From Felis catus (Eukaryota): 64,000 bases of DNA. Shown here piece by piece: positions 1 to 10,914 of this stretch; positions within the stretch are counted from its first letter, which is position 1, and the number at the start of each line of letters is the position of its first letter. A model generated the notes under the pieces. It had not been told where the DNA came from. It saw only the letters and a program-made list of their open reading frames with translations, and made no database searches. The stretch covers positions 9,734,001 to 9,798,000 of the forward strand of contig NC_058368.1 of NCBI RefSeq assembly GCF_018350175.1, in the 5' to 3' direction. The position numbers and the translations under genes are program-made.

Positions 1-85
1 CACGCGGGGCTCGAACCCACAAACCGTGAGATTGTGACCTAGGCCCAAGTCAGACACTCCACTGACGGAGCCACCCAGGCGCCCC
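1..85 (-). mobile_element. CanSINE, 5' part (truncated by window edge)
   Basis: Ends gagccacccaggcgcccc, the reverse complement of the SINE head. Confidence 0.9.
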
Positions 86-1023
86 TCACGCTGCAATTCT
101 TAAGGACACAGAAGCAGCAGCACATATTTTTCTGATGCTTCTCTGCCCTTTAGAATCAGGTAGCTTATAAGTTCCTCTGATTGGTCATATTTTTGTTTTG
201 CCTGGAAGCGTTCTGAGTCCAAGTAAATAGGAGGAGGAAGTCCTGAGAGGGCTCACAGCGATGGCAGAATGTGCTTGCGTATCAAGAGGAGAACCCAGGC
301 AGGAAAGGAAGGAGGAGGGAGGATGCCTTCCAGCTCCTTCCTATAGTCCTTACAAGGAAGGGGAAGGAACTCCCGCTCTTTTTTGCGCCTACTGTGAACT
401 TGGCACTGCTCCATTGTTTTGATGCTGCTTTGGGTCCTTGCGCCGGCCTCGGAAGCTCTGTGGGCCTCTCCACCACGATTCTACAAAGACACGCAGGGGC
501 TGCCGGAGCCCTGGAGCCTTTACCACTCGCGTGCTGTGAGCCTGCAGGTGCCGTACGAAGGCCACCAAAGCCACGACGACCGTTGTTCCTCCTGCAGCCA
601 CCCTGCTCTCCGGTGTGTGCCTGGCCCTGCACTATGCCCAAGTCCCAGGAAGGCTGACTTCAGACGGCAGGGCAAGGCCCGAGCCTCCCTGAAGCTCGGG
701 TTGCGGGGTAGGGAGGGGACTGGGACTGGATGTCCTTGCTCTGAGGAGCCTTTCACCTCAACTCTTCACCCCTTCCTGGGCATGGCACTGGCACCGGAGG
801 GTGTTTAATGAAGCTGCCTGTTTTTCTCCACCTTTAGGAGTATTCCCTCACACCCAATGGTTATTTTGTTTTAGGACTTTTCTTCTCTTACCTGGTTATG
901 TTCAGAAAACCTTAGAAGATGATCTCTGAAACCAAATGAACAAAAATATGGTAAAGCCTGGAATGAGAGATTCTCTGTAACTTTAAGGAACTAAGTTTAA
1001 TTCCACTTTAAAGCTTCTTAACA

Positions 1024-1254
1024 GGGGCGCCTGGGTGGCTCAGTCGGTTAAGCGTCCGACTTCGGCTCAGGTCATGATCGTGCGGTCTGTGGGTTCAAGC
1101 CCTGCGTCAAGCCCTGTGCTGACGGCTCAGAGCCTGGAGCCTGTTTCAGATTCTATGTCTCCCTCTTCCTCTGACCCTCCCCTGTTCATGCTCTCTCTCT
1201 CTCTCTCTCTGTCTCAAAAATAAATAAATGTTAAAAAAAATAATTAAAAAAAAA
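1024..1254 (+). mobile_element. CanSINE (SINEC_Fc)
   Basis: ggggcgcctgggtggctcag head, (CT)n, A-tail; 15-bp TSD taaagcttcttaaca at 1009-1023 and 1255-1269. Confidence 0.95.
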
Positions 1255-1929
1255 TAAAGCTTCTTAACACAATTGCATTTGTAAATGCACTTAGAGTATG
1301 ACCTTCTTTTCTAAAGTACCCTCTCTGGCCAGGAGGTGAAGCAGTGGTCAAGTTTATTCCATTTCAGGCAGATTCTCAATATCCGTCCCACTTTGCAAAT
1401 AACACGCCATCCTTCTAAAGCCCAGAATCGGGCCCTGACTACAGTTTGTAGCCTGACTCGCTTCCCAAAACTGCTGGCTGTAGCTCCTATGATGATCGAT
1501 ACAAAATCTCTCGCAATCTTTGCTAAAAAAAAAAAAAGAAAGAAAGAAAAAAAAGAAAAAAAGAACGCCCTCCTCAGATAAAACTATCAGATTAGGATGA
1601 AGGGTGTTTCTCATTTTTACACAGTGGAAACCTTAAGTATTTCCTTATCACAGTCAGTAACTTTTGAGAGAAATACTTTGTTCGGTAGCTTAATAATCAA
1701 TAGCCAACCCAAGAGTCTTTCAGTCTTTCAGTTCTGATTCTGCCTTCTTGTGTTTGGGTGGCTCTAAACAAATGGCAATATTTCAGTATTTGAATTTCTC
1801 ATCTTTAAAAGATGGATAGTATTTCGTGGACCCAAAGAATAACCAGTAAAAATCCTGATTTCTCATAAAAATTAAGATGTTTCACGGGAAGCATAACCTT
1901 TCGGGGGGCAATCTGTCAATATCTGCCAA

Positions 1930-2118
1930 AATTTTTATTTTATTTTTAAAGTTTATTTGAGAGCCCAAGTGGGGGAGGGGCAGAGCAAGGAAGAGGAGAG
2001 AGAATCCCAAACTGTCAGCCCCAAGCCAGACGTGGGGCTCAAACCCATGAACCAGGAGACCGTGACCTGAGCCAAAACCGAAAGTCGGACGCCCGACTGA
2101 CAGAACCACCCAGAGGCT
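1930..2118 (-). mobile_element. Older CanSINE
   Basis: Diverged reverse-strand SINE body with T-tail. Confidence 0.8.
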
Positions 2119-3610
2119 CTGGTCTGCCCCAAATTTTAAAACACACATATCCTTCAAGTCAGCAATTCCACTTCAGGAAGTGTAAAGACTTATGCCTAAA
2201 AGGAATATACACCGATACTCATCACCGTATTGTTAGACACAGCAAAAAACAGGGAGCGTGAATGACCATCAGTACTGATCAGATTATGGGACAGCATACT
2301 ATGTGACGTCACTTCTATGTCTGAATTGTACGACTAAAGAGGAAAAGAAAGTACATCGTAAAAACTCACAAGGATCTCTTTAACCCCCCCCCCCCTTTGC
2401 GGATATTCTGACCATTACTGGCTTCCAGTCTCCACATACTCGACCCTTGCCTACCACTCCTCGTGTCATTATTTACCGATCTATCATAATCCCTTCATGT
2501 TGTCCCAGATCTTTATTAGTACCTCCCTCTTTTTCAGTGGCTGACCAGTAAGTTCAATTTATATAGAGGGTCCAAACCAACGGGCATGCCCAAAGGCCCA
2601 AGTTGATTACACTTCCTCCCGGCAGAAATGGTCTATTTTATTTTAGACCGGAATTTGGGCACTGCATATTCTGGTGCGGCCCATTAAGCCGTGCTTGTGT
2701 CATCCGGTGTCGTGTGGTGTAGATTTCTACACCACGGCACGTGGTTAAACAGCAGCATTCCTAGAACAGAGCAACATCTTTGTCTTTTGACTCCAGGGAG
2801 CAACTTGGCTCCGACCCAGGGAATTTCCCAAGTTATGGCAAGTGTTAGCGCTACCGTTCGTGTCTTTGCTATTGGAAGAGGACAAGAGAACGAACGAGCC
2901 TGCATCTCTTGCCGCATAGGGATCCAAACCATCTTCTGGCTTTTCCGCAGTTTTAAAAGGCCTTTCAAGTCATTTAAGAATGAATTAAAAAAACCCCACA
3001 AATAAAAAAAGCTTGAACTCCCCGCCATCCCTTAACTAATAGAAGACCCTAATTACTAGCCAATGGTTCACACCCGAGCAACAGGAGATTCCCAGCTATA
3101 GGCCGCGTTCGATTTATTCACATTCGTAGTGATACCGTCATATGCAAAAAGCGGCTGCCAGGTACCGGAAAGAGAGCTATTTCAGGGCCTTTCAGAAGGC
3201 GTGTTGTACCAAACTGACCTGCATCTGAACTTTCATCATAGATTATGTGATGCCAAGCAAGGGAGTTGGCCGCATTTCTCACTCAAAGCATCACTATTTT
3301 GTCTCTCCAGTGTAGTTTTCCATATAGCTAGTTGCTATACAACTCTACGACCACTTTTCATCCCTGTGGTGCACAGGACACAAAAAAAGACTTCCTTTCT
3401 CAGACTTTACTCAAGAAAACGAACAGGTCCGGCAAATAACACCTTGATGGAAGACTACCAGAATTACAGCAACTAACCTGCCACGGTGCCACCCTTACAA
3501 CAGGCAAGTCAGGGAACTGGGACTTGGGTTTTGATCCACACTCTGATGTTAAGTGCCCCAACCTTAATCCTCAACTTTATACCGACTTTCTTCAGAAAAT
3601 CTTTATGCCC

Positions 3611-3805
3611 GGGGCGCCTGGGTGGCTGTCGGTTGAGCGTCTCCGGCTCAGGTCATGGCTTACGGTTTGGGAGTTCGAGCCCCGCGTCGGGCTCTGTGCC
3701 GACAGCTCGGAGCCTGGAGCCTGCTTTGGATCCTGTGTCTCCCTCTCTCTCTGCCCCTCCCCTGCTCATGCTGTCAAAAATAAACATTAAAAAAAAATTT
3801 TTTTT
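3611..3805 (+). mobile_element. CanSINE (SINEC_Fc)
   Basis: Typical head, body and tail; TSD atctttatgccc. Confidence 0.9.
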
Positions 3806-4621
3806 AAAGAATATCTTTATGCCCCTCGTGCTGTGACTACTTCTAAACATGAAAATAGTTCTCGTACATAAACTTGAAAACAAATCCTCCCAATTGCACA
3901 AAGGCTTTATGCTGAATTACCTAAAATTCCAAGCCCTAGGGATACTGCTGAACACTACACAGGACTCTATTAGCTTCCTGATTGAAGACTTTTTCCTGTC
4001 AAGATCTGAAGCCAGTTAACACACCAAAACACTCGTTCCCATTCTCAACATCTGAGAAAACTGGTAGATGACATACCCACCAAGTTGCAAGTTTCCTTCA
4101 GGCAGAATCCACTTTTAATTGGATCCCTTACTAGCAACAGATGTCGACCGTGGCGGTGCCTCTGCTACGGCAAGGACGCGCACGAAAGTCAGGAGATGGG
4201 CTTGTTCCTCTTAAGAATTCAATGAAGTTTTACACAATCGAGGCGTCTCCATGGACTTAGAAAATTGGTAAATTCAGCTTTATGATCACTATTGTGTTTT
4301 AACTGCTTCGGGTGCCTCACTTTTGAAAAGCTATCTTGTTTAACCCAACATACTGAAAATAAATTTAATTTTTCCGCACCTAGATCTGTAGCATCCTCTG
4401 AGAACACGCTCAATGTTTGACAAAAACTTTTTATCATTAAGCTATTTGTAGTTATAAACCAAGTATTTTTAAAGGGAAGAACTTTGCCAGACCTTATACT
4501 TGTTTAAATGGTGTCGGCTGAGAGATACTATTGGAAAGATTAAAATATGTATATATGACAAAACCTTAAAATCTTAAGTGAAAGCCATTTAACTAATATT
4601 TAAAACCTCTGCAATTATTAG

Positions 4622-4627
4622 TTTATT
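4622..4627 (-). terminator. AATAAA poly(A) signal (distal)
   Basis: ACTAATAAACTAATAATTGC on minus, followed by U/GU-rich sequence. Confidence 0.65.
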
Positions 4628-5487
4628 AGTATCATCCAGGACTCAGATGTTCAGTATTCCTCCTGAAATTACATAAACAAATGCAAATGGAAAGAATCCA
4701 AGTCAAAATTATATAACAAAACAGCACTCCATCACAAAAGCGTGTAAAATTACAAGAACGCTATTTTAAAACACTGGCACTTTAAGAGAACGATAATCTC
4801 AAAAACCACAAAATTGCCAAATTGTTCCCTAAACTGCTAAGTAGATAAACATGACTCTAATGAATGAGTTTGGGTTTCGTAAAGAAAAATCAAATTCAAA
4901 TCCGATAACTCCTACTGAAATACAAAGTTTTAAGCGTCTTCTTCCCTCAGGCCTGTTTGATTTATATAAAGGAGCAAACTACAATATAGGAAAATATACC
5001 GGATTTTCAGTGTGGCATACATTTTAGAAGTTGGCCCAATTAATTAAAAATACCTTTAATGGAGAGTCAAGTTTCCTAAGAAATCCGTATTTAGAGAAAT
5101 AGAAGACATTTACAGCCAGCACTTTTTTTTTTTTTTTTCCAGAGCCTTTGCTGGGACTAATGTCAACAAAAAATCTAATATGGCAGTCTTGTATTTTAAG
5201 CTCACGCTTTTGGGGATACATTCTCAGGTCTTCTTTAATGTGGGAACTGCAAATATAACTGCCATTACATGGTAATGGGAGTTAAAGAATGTAGAGTCCT
5301 CATGTAAAGATTAGAACATACTTTTTCTCTTAGTCCTTCAAGGACAGACTTTCAAAATGTTTGATTCTACTAATCCCATGCTGTGGTTACTCTTCACTTC
5401 GTAAATGTGACCGGGCTATGTGAAATCTGCCATCAACTGATCAAGATTGGAGTTTCAGTTATGGATGAAAACTGTCTCAATTCAACT

Positions 5488-5493
5488 TTTATT
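5488..5493 (-). terminator. AATAAA poly(A) signal (middle)
   Basis: TTTATT on plus strand inside the 3'UTR. Confidence 0.5.
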
Positions 5494-5654
5494 ACCCTCA
5501 TCATGAGTATGCAGGGTGTAGACAGAGCTTTTTATCAGCTAACTATATGAAAAGATAAACACTGTAATAATCCATGTGATCCAAAATGGGCAAAAGCAAA
5601 AGACTAGCTTCCCCTCAAGAAGAAAAATTTCAGACCTATGAAAAGGACAACAAT

Positions 5655-5679
5655 ACTAATAAAAAAAATTGTATTTACT
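5655..5679 (-). terminator. Proximal poly(A) site with non-canonical hexamer
   Basis: AGTAAA (5674-5679) overlapping AATACA (5670-5675), followed by a U-run and a GU-rich downstream element (GTATTGTTGTCCTTTT). Confidence 0.6.
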
Positions 5680-6115
5680 TAGAAGCATTCAGAATGTCAA
5701 CAAAACAGCTGCAACTTTTTTTTTTTTTGCAATTACAGAGTGGTATTCAGTTAACAGAACAACAATTATTTCGTATAAGCTGCATCAGAGACAACTGAAG
5801 ATGAAAAAACTACCATCCCCATATATAACTAATTTGTGCTGTGCACCAACAAGAACCTGCTTTAAATTTCCATGCCAATTTACAACCCCCATACTGTACC
5901 AGGCAAGGTTAGTGGCTATTGGAAATACCACCGGGACAGGGCTATCTAAAGACACATTCGGTAGTGTGTTAACTATACAAAAAAAGACACTGTACAGTTT
6001 AAAAACAAATCTTACACAGCCTTACATTTCAATTTTTTTCTTTAAAAGGAGTGAGTTGTGTACAGGGGGGTTAAATGCTTTATAGACAAGAAAAAAAAAC
6101 TGCGCTAGAACCAAC

Positions 6116-6292
6116 TTATTCATCATCATCATCTTCTTCTTCTTCTTCATCTTCTTCATCTTCCTCCTCTTCCTCATCCTCTTCATCTTCCTCGTCCTCC
6201 TCCTCTTCCTTCTTTTTCTTGCTTTTTTCAGCCTTGACGACTCCCTTTTTTGCCGCGTCAGGCTTTCCTTTAGCTCGGTATGCAGCAATATC
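6116..6292 (-). CDS. HMGB1: HMGB1 last coding exon (exon 5) with acidic tail
   Basis: [28 protein letters not shown] followed by 30 D/E residues, TAA at 6116-6118; AG acceptor 6293-6294; total spliced CDS 648 nt = 215 aa. Confidence 0.99.
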   Translation of the reverse strand, partial: DIAAYRAKGKPDAAKKGVVKAEKSKKKKEEEEDEEDEEDEEEEEDEEDEEEEEDDDDE

Positions 6293-7328
6293 CTTCCAAA
6301 ATAAAGTCAAGAAAAAGTGGAAGGAAAGACAGGACAGTTAAGCAAGGGGAGAAGGAAAAGTAACTTATGAAAAATCAAGATCCCAGTTACGCGAAAATAA
6401 CCACGTATCTGCACTCACCCCGATCCCATAAACGCCTAGGACGGAGGAATGCATATGAACGCGCCGAGAGAACTGCAATTAATAACCCGTAACTCATGGA
6501 ATGACATGGTCCAATATTTGCAATGTTGTGCGCCTCACTGAAGTACAATTAGGTACCACGTCCTAACTTTAGTTGATTAAAACTAGAATGTAGAGACTTT
6601 GATTAAAGGGTAGACACTGCCACCTTCTGAATGCAAAACAGCAATCTACAGGTTTCTATCAGACCCTAATCCAGAGAAGGAAATTTTGTCTTAAAAGAAA
6701 AAAAAAAAGTAAATCTGCCAGTAAGCATGCAATTAAGAAACATCTAGAAATCAACATTTTTCCAGATGACTAAATAAGCTAAAATTTAACTTGCTACGCC
6801 TATTCAAAGTATAGGAGATAAAGCTTTTTCTTTATCAACTTACTACACAGTTCAACATTAAAACTTTTTGAAATTAATAAAGTTGGGATTTCTGTTATTG
6901 AAGGAAGGGAACACAAATACTTCAGGACAGGTTTATGAAGGACACGGTCTTCATTATCTTGCCCAGACTATTTTTATGTGTCTGACCATTTAAAATAATC
7001 ACTTGACTAAAAGTGACTACCAGTAAATTTAAATCAGAGAATAACAAAGCCAGCTTAAGTGTATGGAAGCTGTACCCAAGTCAAAAACAAACAAACAAAC
7101 AAACAAAAAAAAAACAACTGATCTGAACTTCTATACTCTCTGAAGGATGGAAAAAAAATAAGATTCAGCCAGCGGCACACAGAAAGGAGCTGAGAATCTG
7201 AAAACTGCATTACACCCCGAATTCTTAGAAATCCGCAAGAAAATAGGAAATTGAGATGAGGTACCAAGTATAATCTAATGTCGGGCATACCCTTTCCTCA
7301 TTACACCGAACAAATGCACACTTCTTAC

Positions 7329-7503
7329 CTTTTCATATTTTTCCTTCAGCTTCGCAGCCTTCTTCTCATAAGGCTGCTTGTCATCTGCAGCGGTGTTATT
7401 CCACATCTCTCCCAGTTTCTTTGCAACATCACCAATGGATAGGCCAGGATGTTCTCCTTTGATTTTTGGGCGATACTCAGAACAAAACAAGAAAAAGGCC
7501 GAA
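7329..7503 (-). CDS. HMGB1: HMGB1 coding exon (exon 4), HMG box B
   Basis: [60 protein letters not shown] acceptor 7504-7505, GTAAG donor from 7328; 175 nt; Cys106 present. Confidence 0.99.
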
Positions 7504-7991
7504 CTAAAAAGAGAAATTTAATTTTAAGTTTACTACGGAATGTGTGTTGTCCTGCTATATAAAAGCTGCTGCTGATTTCTATCAGGCACTAGACAGGGTG
7601 CAAATATTAAAATATGCTAAATACCCTTACAACCAAACCTCCATTCACGGCTGTCTGACTTAGAATGCTACTAGTTGAACATGTACTATTAATAAATGCA
7701 AGAGCTCCAAAAGCAATTCTGTGAAATTTTAAGTATTTCGGAGAGATGGTATTTCTCAAGAAACAAAACAAAGTTACATTTAGGAGACAGATTAAGTGAA
7801 GAAGGCCAATGTCTAATTCAAATGCTCCTCCCATTCAACAGGAATTCTACTTACAATATCCAAATAGACCAATGTAAGGCACTTACCAGCTAAGAAACTT
7901 TTGATTATACACTCCAAACCCACAAGGTGGCTTGCTAAATTTCTATCTGATTCTACCGCAAAACCCTCCTGGAAATAGGTAAGATACTCAC

Positions 7992-8137
7992 GGAGGCCTC
8001 TTGGGTGCATTGGGATCCTTGAACTTCTTTTTTGTTTCCCCTTTAGGGGGGATATAAGTTTTCATTTCTCTTTCATAACGGGCCTTGTCCGCCTTTGCCA
8101 TGTCTTCAAACTTTCCTTTCTCTTTAGCAGACATGGT
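7992..8137 (-). CDS. HMGB1: HMGB1 coding exon (exon 3)
   Basis: [50 protein letters not shown] acceptor 8138-8139, GTGAGT donor from 7991; 146 nt. Confidence 0.99.
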
Positions 8138-8361
8138 CTACAAAAGAATCATTTGTAAACTGAAATCGGTAACCCAAATCCTACTAAACTGTCGCAAAAG
8201 TACTAACATGACTAAAACCGGCCTCCTTTGCCATGTACTCACTCAGCAGCCTGCTCTAACATCCCTACTCACGTTATGCAAACGGCACCGAGGCTTTTTA
8301 AAGACCTTGATTTGGATTTAAGTTTTTAAAAATCCCTCAATTATGTTTTAAGCCCCCTTAC

Positions 8362-8511
8362 CTTCCACCTCTCTGAGCACTTCTTAGAAAACTCTGAGAA
8401 GTTGACTGAAGCATCTGGGTGCTTCTTCTTGTGCTCCTCTCGGCAAGTTTGCACAAAGAATGCATATGATGACATTTTGCCTCTCGGCTTCTTAGGATCT
8501 CCTTTGCCCAT
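8362..8511 (-). CDS. HMGB1: HMGB1 coding exon (exon 2), aa 1-50, start of HMG box A
   Basis: ATG at 8511 in strong context (AAACATGG) gives [50 protein letters not shown]. Acceptor ttttAG just before 8524 (13 nt of 5'UTR); GTAAG donor from 8361; 150 coding nt; Cys23 and Cys45 present. Confidence 0.99.
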
Positions 8512-8722
8512 GTTTAATTATTTTCTAAAAAGAGAGAAAAAGAAATGGTTGAGGTTAGCAATGAAATTATGGGATTCTATGAGCACTTGAACTTTGTGGG
8601 GAGTGAATGAAAACCAAAGTTGGGTTATTCAACACAGTAGTGGCATGAACCTCCCATAATATACCAAACAAGAAAATGGCAGGGATAGCTAATGCCTAGA
8701 AGAGGCTATGCCAAGCAAAAAG

Positions 8723-8724
<2 letters not shown>

Positions 8725-8774
<50 letters not shown>
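8725..8774. repeat. (AC)25 microsatellite in HMGB1 intron 1
   Basis: Perfect dinucleotide run. Confidence 0.95.
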
Positions 8775-8778
<4 letters not shown>

Positions 8779-9732
8779 CGGTCCTCCAGTGTGATCTCAA
8801 AAAAGTGTAGACACAATGGCATCCTCATACAGTATTCGTTACTCATCTGCGGGTATCCGCTCCGAATGAACACCTAGGCGGACATTTAAAAACTTTTTAA
8901 AGGCACAAAACCATTTTGTGATCCACAGAACCAGGGACCACAAAACTGGCGCTGCCGGTTCGTGGATCGGCACCACGTCGGGAACAAAATAGGTGAGCGC
9001 CCGAGCGGGTCGGCGTTCTCCAAATTACGGGCCTAAACCACCGTCTATCTCAAGTTTTCCCAACGAGGACTTTAAAAATACTCTCTGCACAAAACTTTGC
9101 CGGGAGGAGGGAGGAGGAGAAAGCTCCAGCGCCGGGACCCAGGCTGGGGGGTTGGCGGTGGTATTTGTGCGGCTGCCACCGCGAGGCAGCCTCGTTTCCT
9201 ATCGGTTTGGCCCCGAGATGTATTTCAGTTCTGACTAAACACGTCCGGTCTGAAGTTTCTTCGAGTAAACAAGGATGAGGGACAAAAGCCACTCCTGCTC
9301 GTGGCTCTGCCTGCCCACCCCCCCCCCCCACCAGGAGTGTTGTTTTTTTTTTTTTTTCAATCTGCGAAAGTCGGGGCGCCTCGCGAGACGGGCCCCGCAC
9401 ACCTTCCCGCCACTCGGCCCCCACCCCCAGAACTTCGGTGGCGGCGGGGCGGCCGAGGAGACGCGGGGCCGCGGCCGGGCCTCCGGGCCCGACCCGCCCG
9501 CGCCGGGGCCGCCACGTGCGCCCGCCCGCCCGCCGGCGCAGGCCCCGCAGGCCTCCCCCATTTTGTCAGGCTCGGCGGAGGGAGAAGCCCCGCTCGAAAT
9601 GGGGGCTGGCTCCGCCCGCGGCCGCCGGGGCCGGCGCGCACGGAATGGCCGCTGCGCGTCTTCCCCGCCTGCGCCGCCGCCGCCGCCGCCGCCGCGAGGG
9701 CGAGCGCGAGCGAGAATATGGCTCCTTCCCTT

Positions 9733-9778
9733 TGTGTGTGTGTGTGTGTGTGTGAGTGTGTGAGTGTGTGAGTGTGAG
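9733..9778. repeat. (TG)n/(TGAG) compound microsatellite in CpG island
   Basis: tgtgtg...tgagtgtgtgagtgtgtgagtgtgag. Confidence 0.9.
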
Positions 9779-10157
9779 CGCAGGCGGGCGGGGTGCGCGC
9801 CGCGCTCTGGCGCACACACTCGGCCATTACAGCCCGGGGGGGGAGGGGCGGGGGGCGCGCGGGCCCGGACCCTCCCCCCTCCCGGCCCGCGGGGGTGGGG
9901 GCCGCCCCGGGAGGCGCCCACCGGCCCGCCGCTCCCCGTCCCCCTCCGCGCGGGCCCGCGCGCCCCGGCCGCCCCCGCACGGAGAACGCGGGGCTGGGAA
10001 GAGAGGAAAAAAAAAGTTGCCTCGGAACTGCTGCGCCCAGCTCCCCCGCCCGCTCCCGCCCGCCTTGTTTTCTCTCCAGCCAGCAGCGCCGGGCCGAGTC
10101 AGCCATGTTCCAGCGAGCGCAGCGGCGCCGCTCCCCCCGCCGCCGAGCCGCCGCCGA

Positions 10158-10187
10158 GCCGCCGCCGCCGCCGCCGCCGCCGCCGCC
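10158..10187. repeat. (GCC)10 trinucleotide repeat
   Basis: Perfect run; a second (GCC)7 lies at 9673-9693. Confidence 0.9.
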
Positions 10188-10757
10188 CGGGCACAGGCCG
10201 GCGGGCCCGGCCCCGCGCCGCCGCCGCCCCCGGCCCACCGCGCCGCCTCGCCCGCAGCGCCCGCCCGCCCGCCCGCGCTCGCCGCCGGCGCCCGGCTCTC
10301 TGCGGCGGCCAATGCAGCCCGTGGAAGCGCCGCCGCCTGCCCGCCTGCCCGCCCGCCCGCCTGCCCTCCCGCCGCCGGCCCCGCCGCCCGCCGCCCCCCG
10401 CGCACGCCGGCCGCCCGAACATTCGGCCCGGGGGCCGAAAACACGTTAAAAAAATTTTTTTTAATTAAAAAAATTTTTTTTGCGCCAGTCAGCGCGGACG
10501 CCGCCGGGGGTGGAAACTCGCGGGGCTCGGGGTTCGCAGCGCCTCAGGCAGCCTGTGGGCCGGGGTTCCGGCGCGGGGCAGGGCTCCCGGCGCCCGAGAA
10601 GAGGCTCGCTCCGTGCGCAGTTCCCCCCACGGTCCCCCCTCATTTGCCTTTGTGTGGATCCTGACCCGCCGGCTCCCGGCCGCGGGGATCCGGCCACCGC
10701 GCGGGGTGGGGAGCTGCCGGAGGCGCTCTCCCCGCCGCGGCGCTGCCCCAGACTCAC

Positions 10758-10910
10758 CCTCAGCGAGGCACAGAGTCGCCCAGTGCCCGTCTGGCTCTCA
10801 CTTGCCCCGGCGCTGTCTCTATGGAGCTCAATGTACTGCAATGGCTGTGAGAGCGGGAGCCAGACGCAGCCTCCTCACTCTCTCCGCTCTGTAACATTAC
10901 TCTCCAGCCA
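10758..10910 (-). other. HMGB1: HMGB1 non-coding exon 1 (5' boundary/TSS approximate)
   Basis: Minus strand reads ...GCCATTGCAGTACATTGAGCTCCATAGAGACAGCGCC...CTCGCTGAGG|GTGAGT, matching the mammalian HMGB1 5'UTR as I recall it; consensus donor at 10752-10757. Confidence 0.9.
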
Positions 10911-10914
10911 GCGC

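Larger units (their letters stand above)
4600..6115 (-). other. HMGB1: HMGB1 3'UTR (to the distal canonical poly(A) site; may extend further)
   Basis: Repeat-free AT-rich sequence after the stop, recognisable as the conserved HMGB1 3'UTR (GTTGGTTCTAGCGCAG...). Confidence 0.8.

Noticed and set aside
6075..6341. Plus-strand poly-serine ORF
   Set aside because: Antisense shadow of the GAA/GAG/GAT codons of the acidic tail.
6293..7328. Intron-encoded snoRNA/miRNA in HMGB1 intron 4
   Set aside because: No convincing C/D or H/ACA box arrangement or hairpin seen by eye; a covariance-model search would be needed.
6116..8511. Possibility that this is one of the many HMGB1 processed pseudogenes
   Set aside because: Four canonical introns, intact frame and a CpG-island promoter show it is the parental gene.
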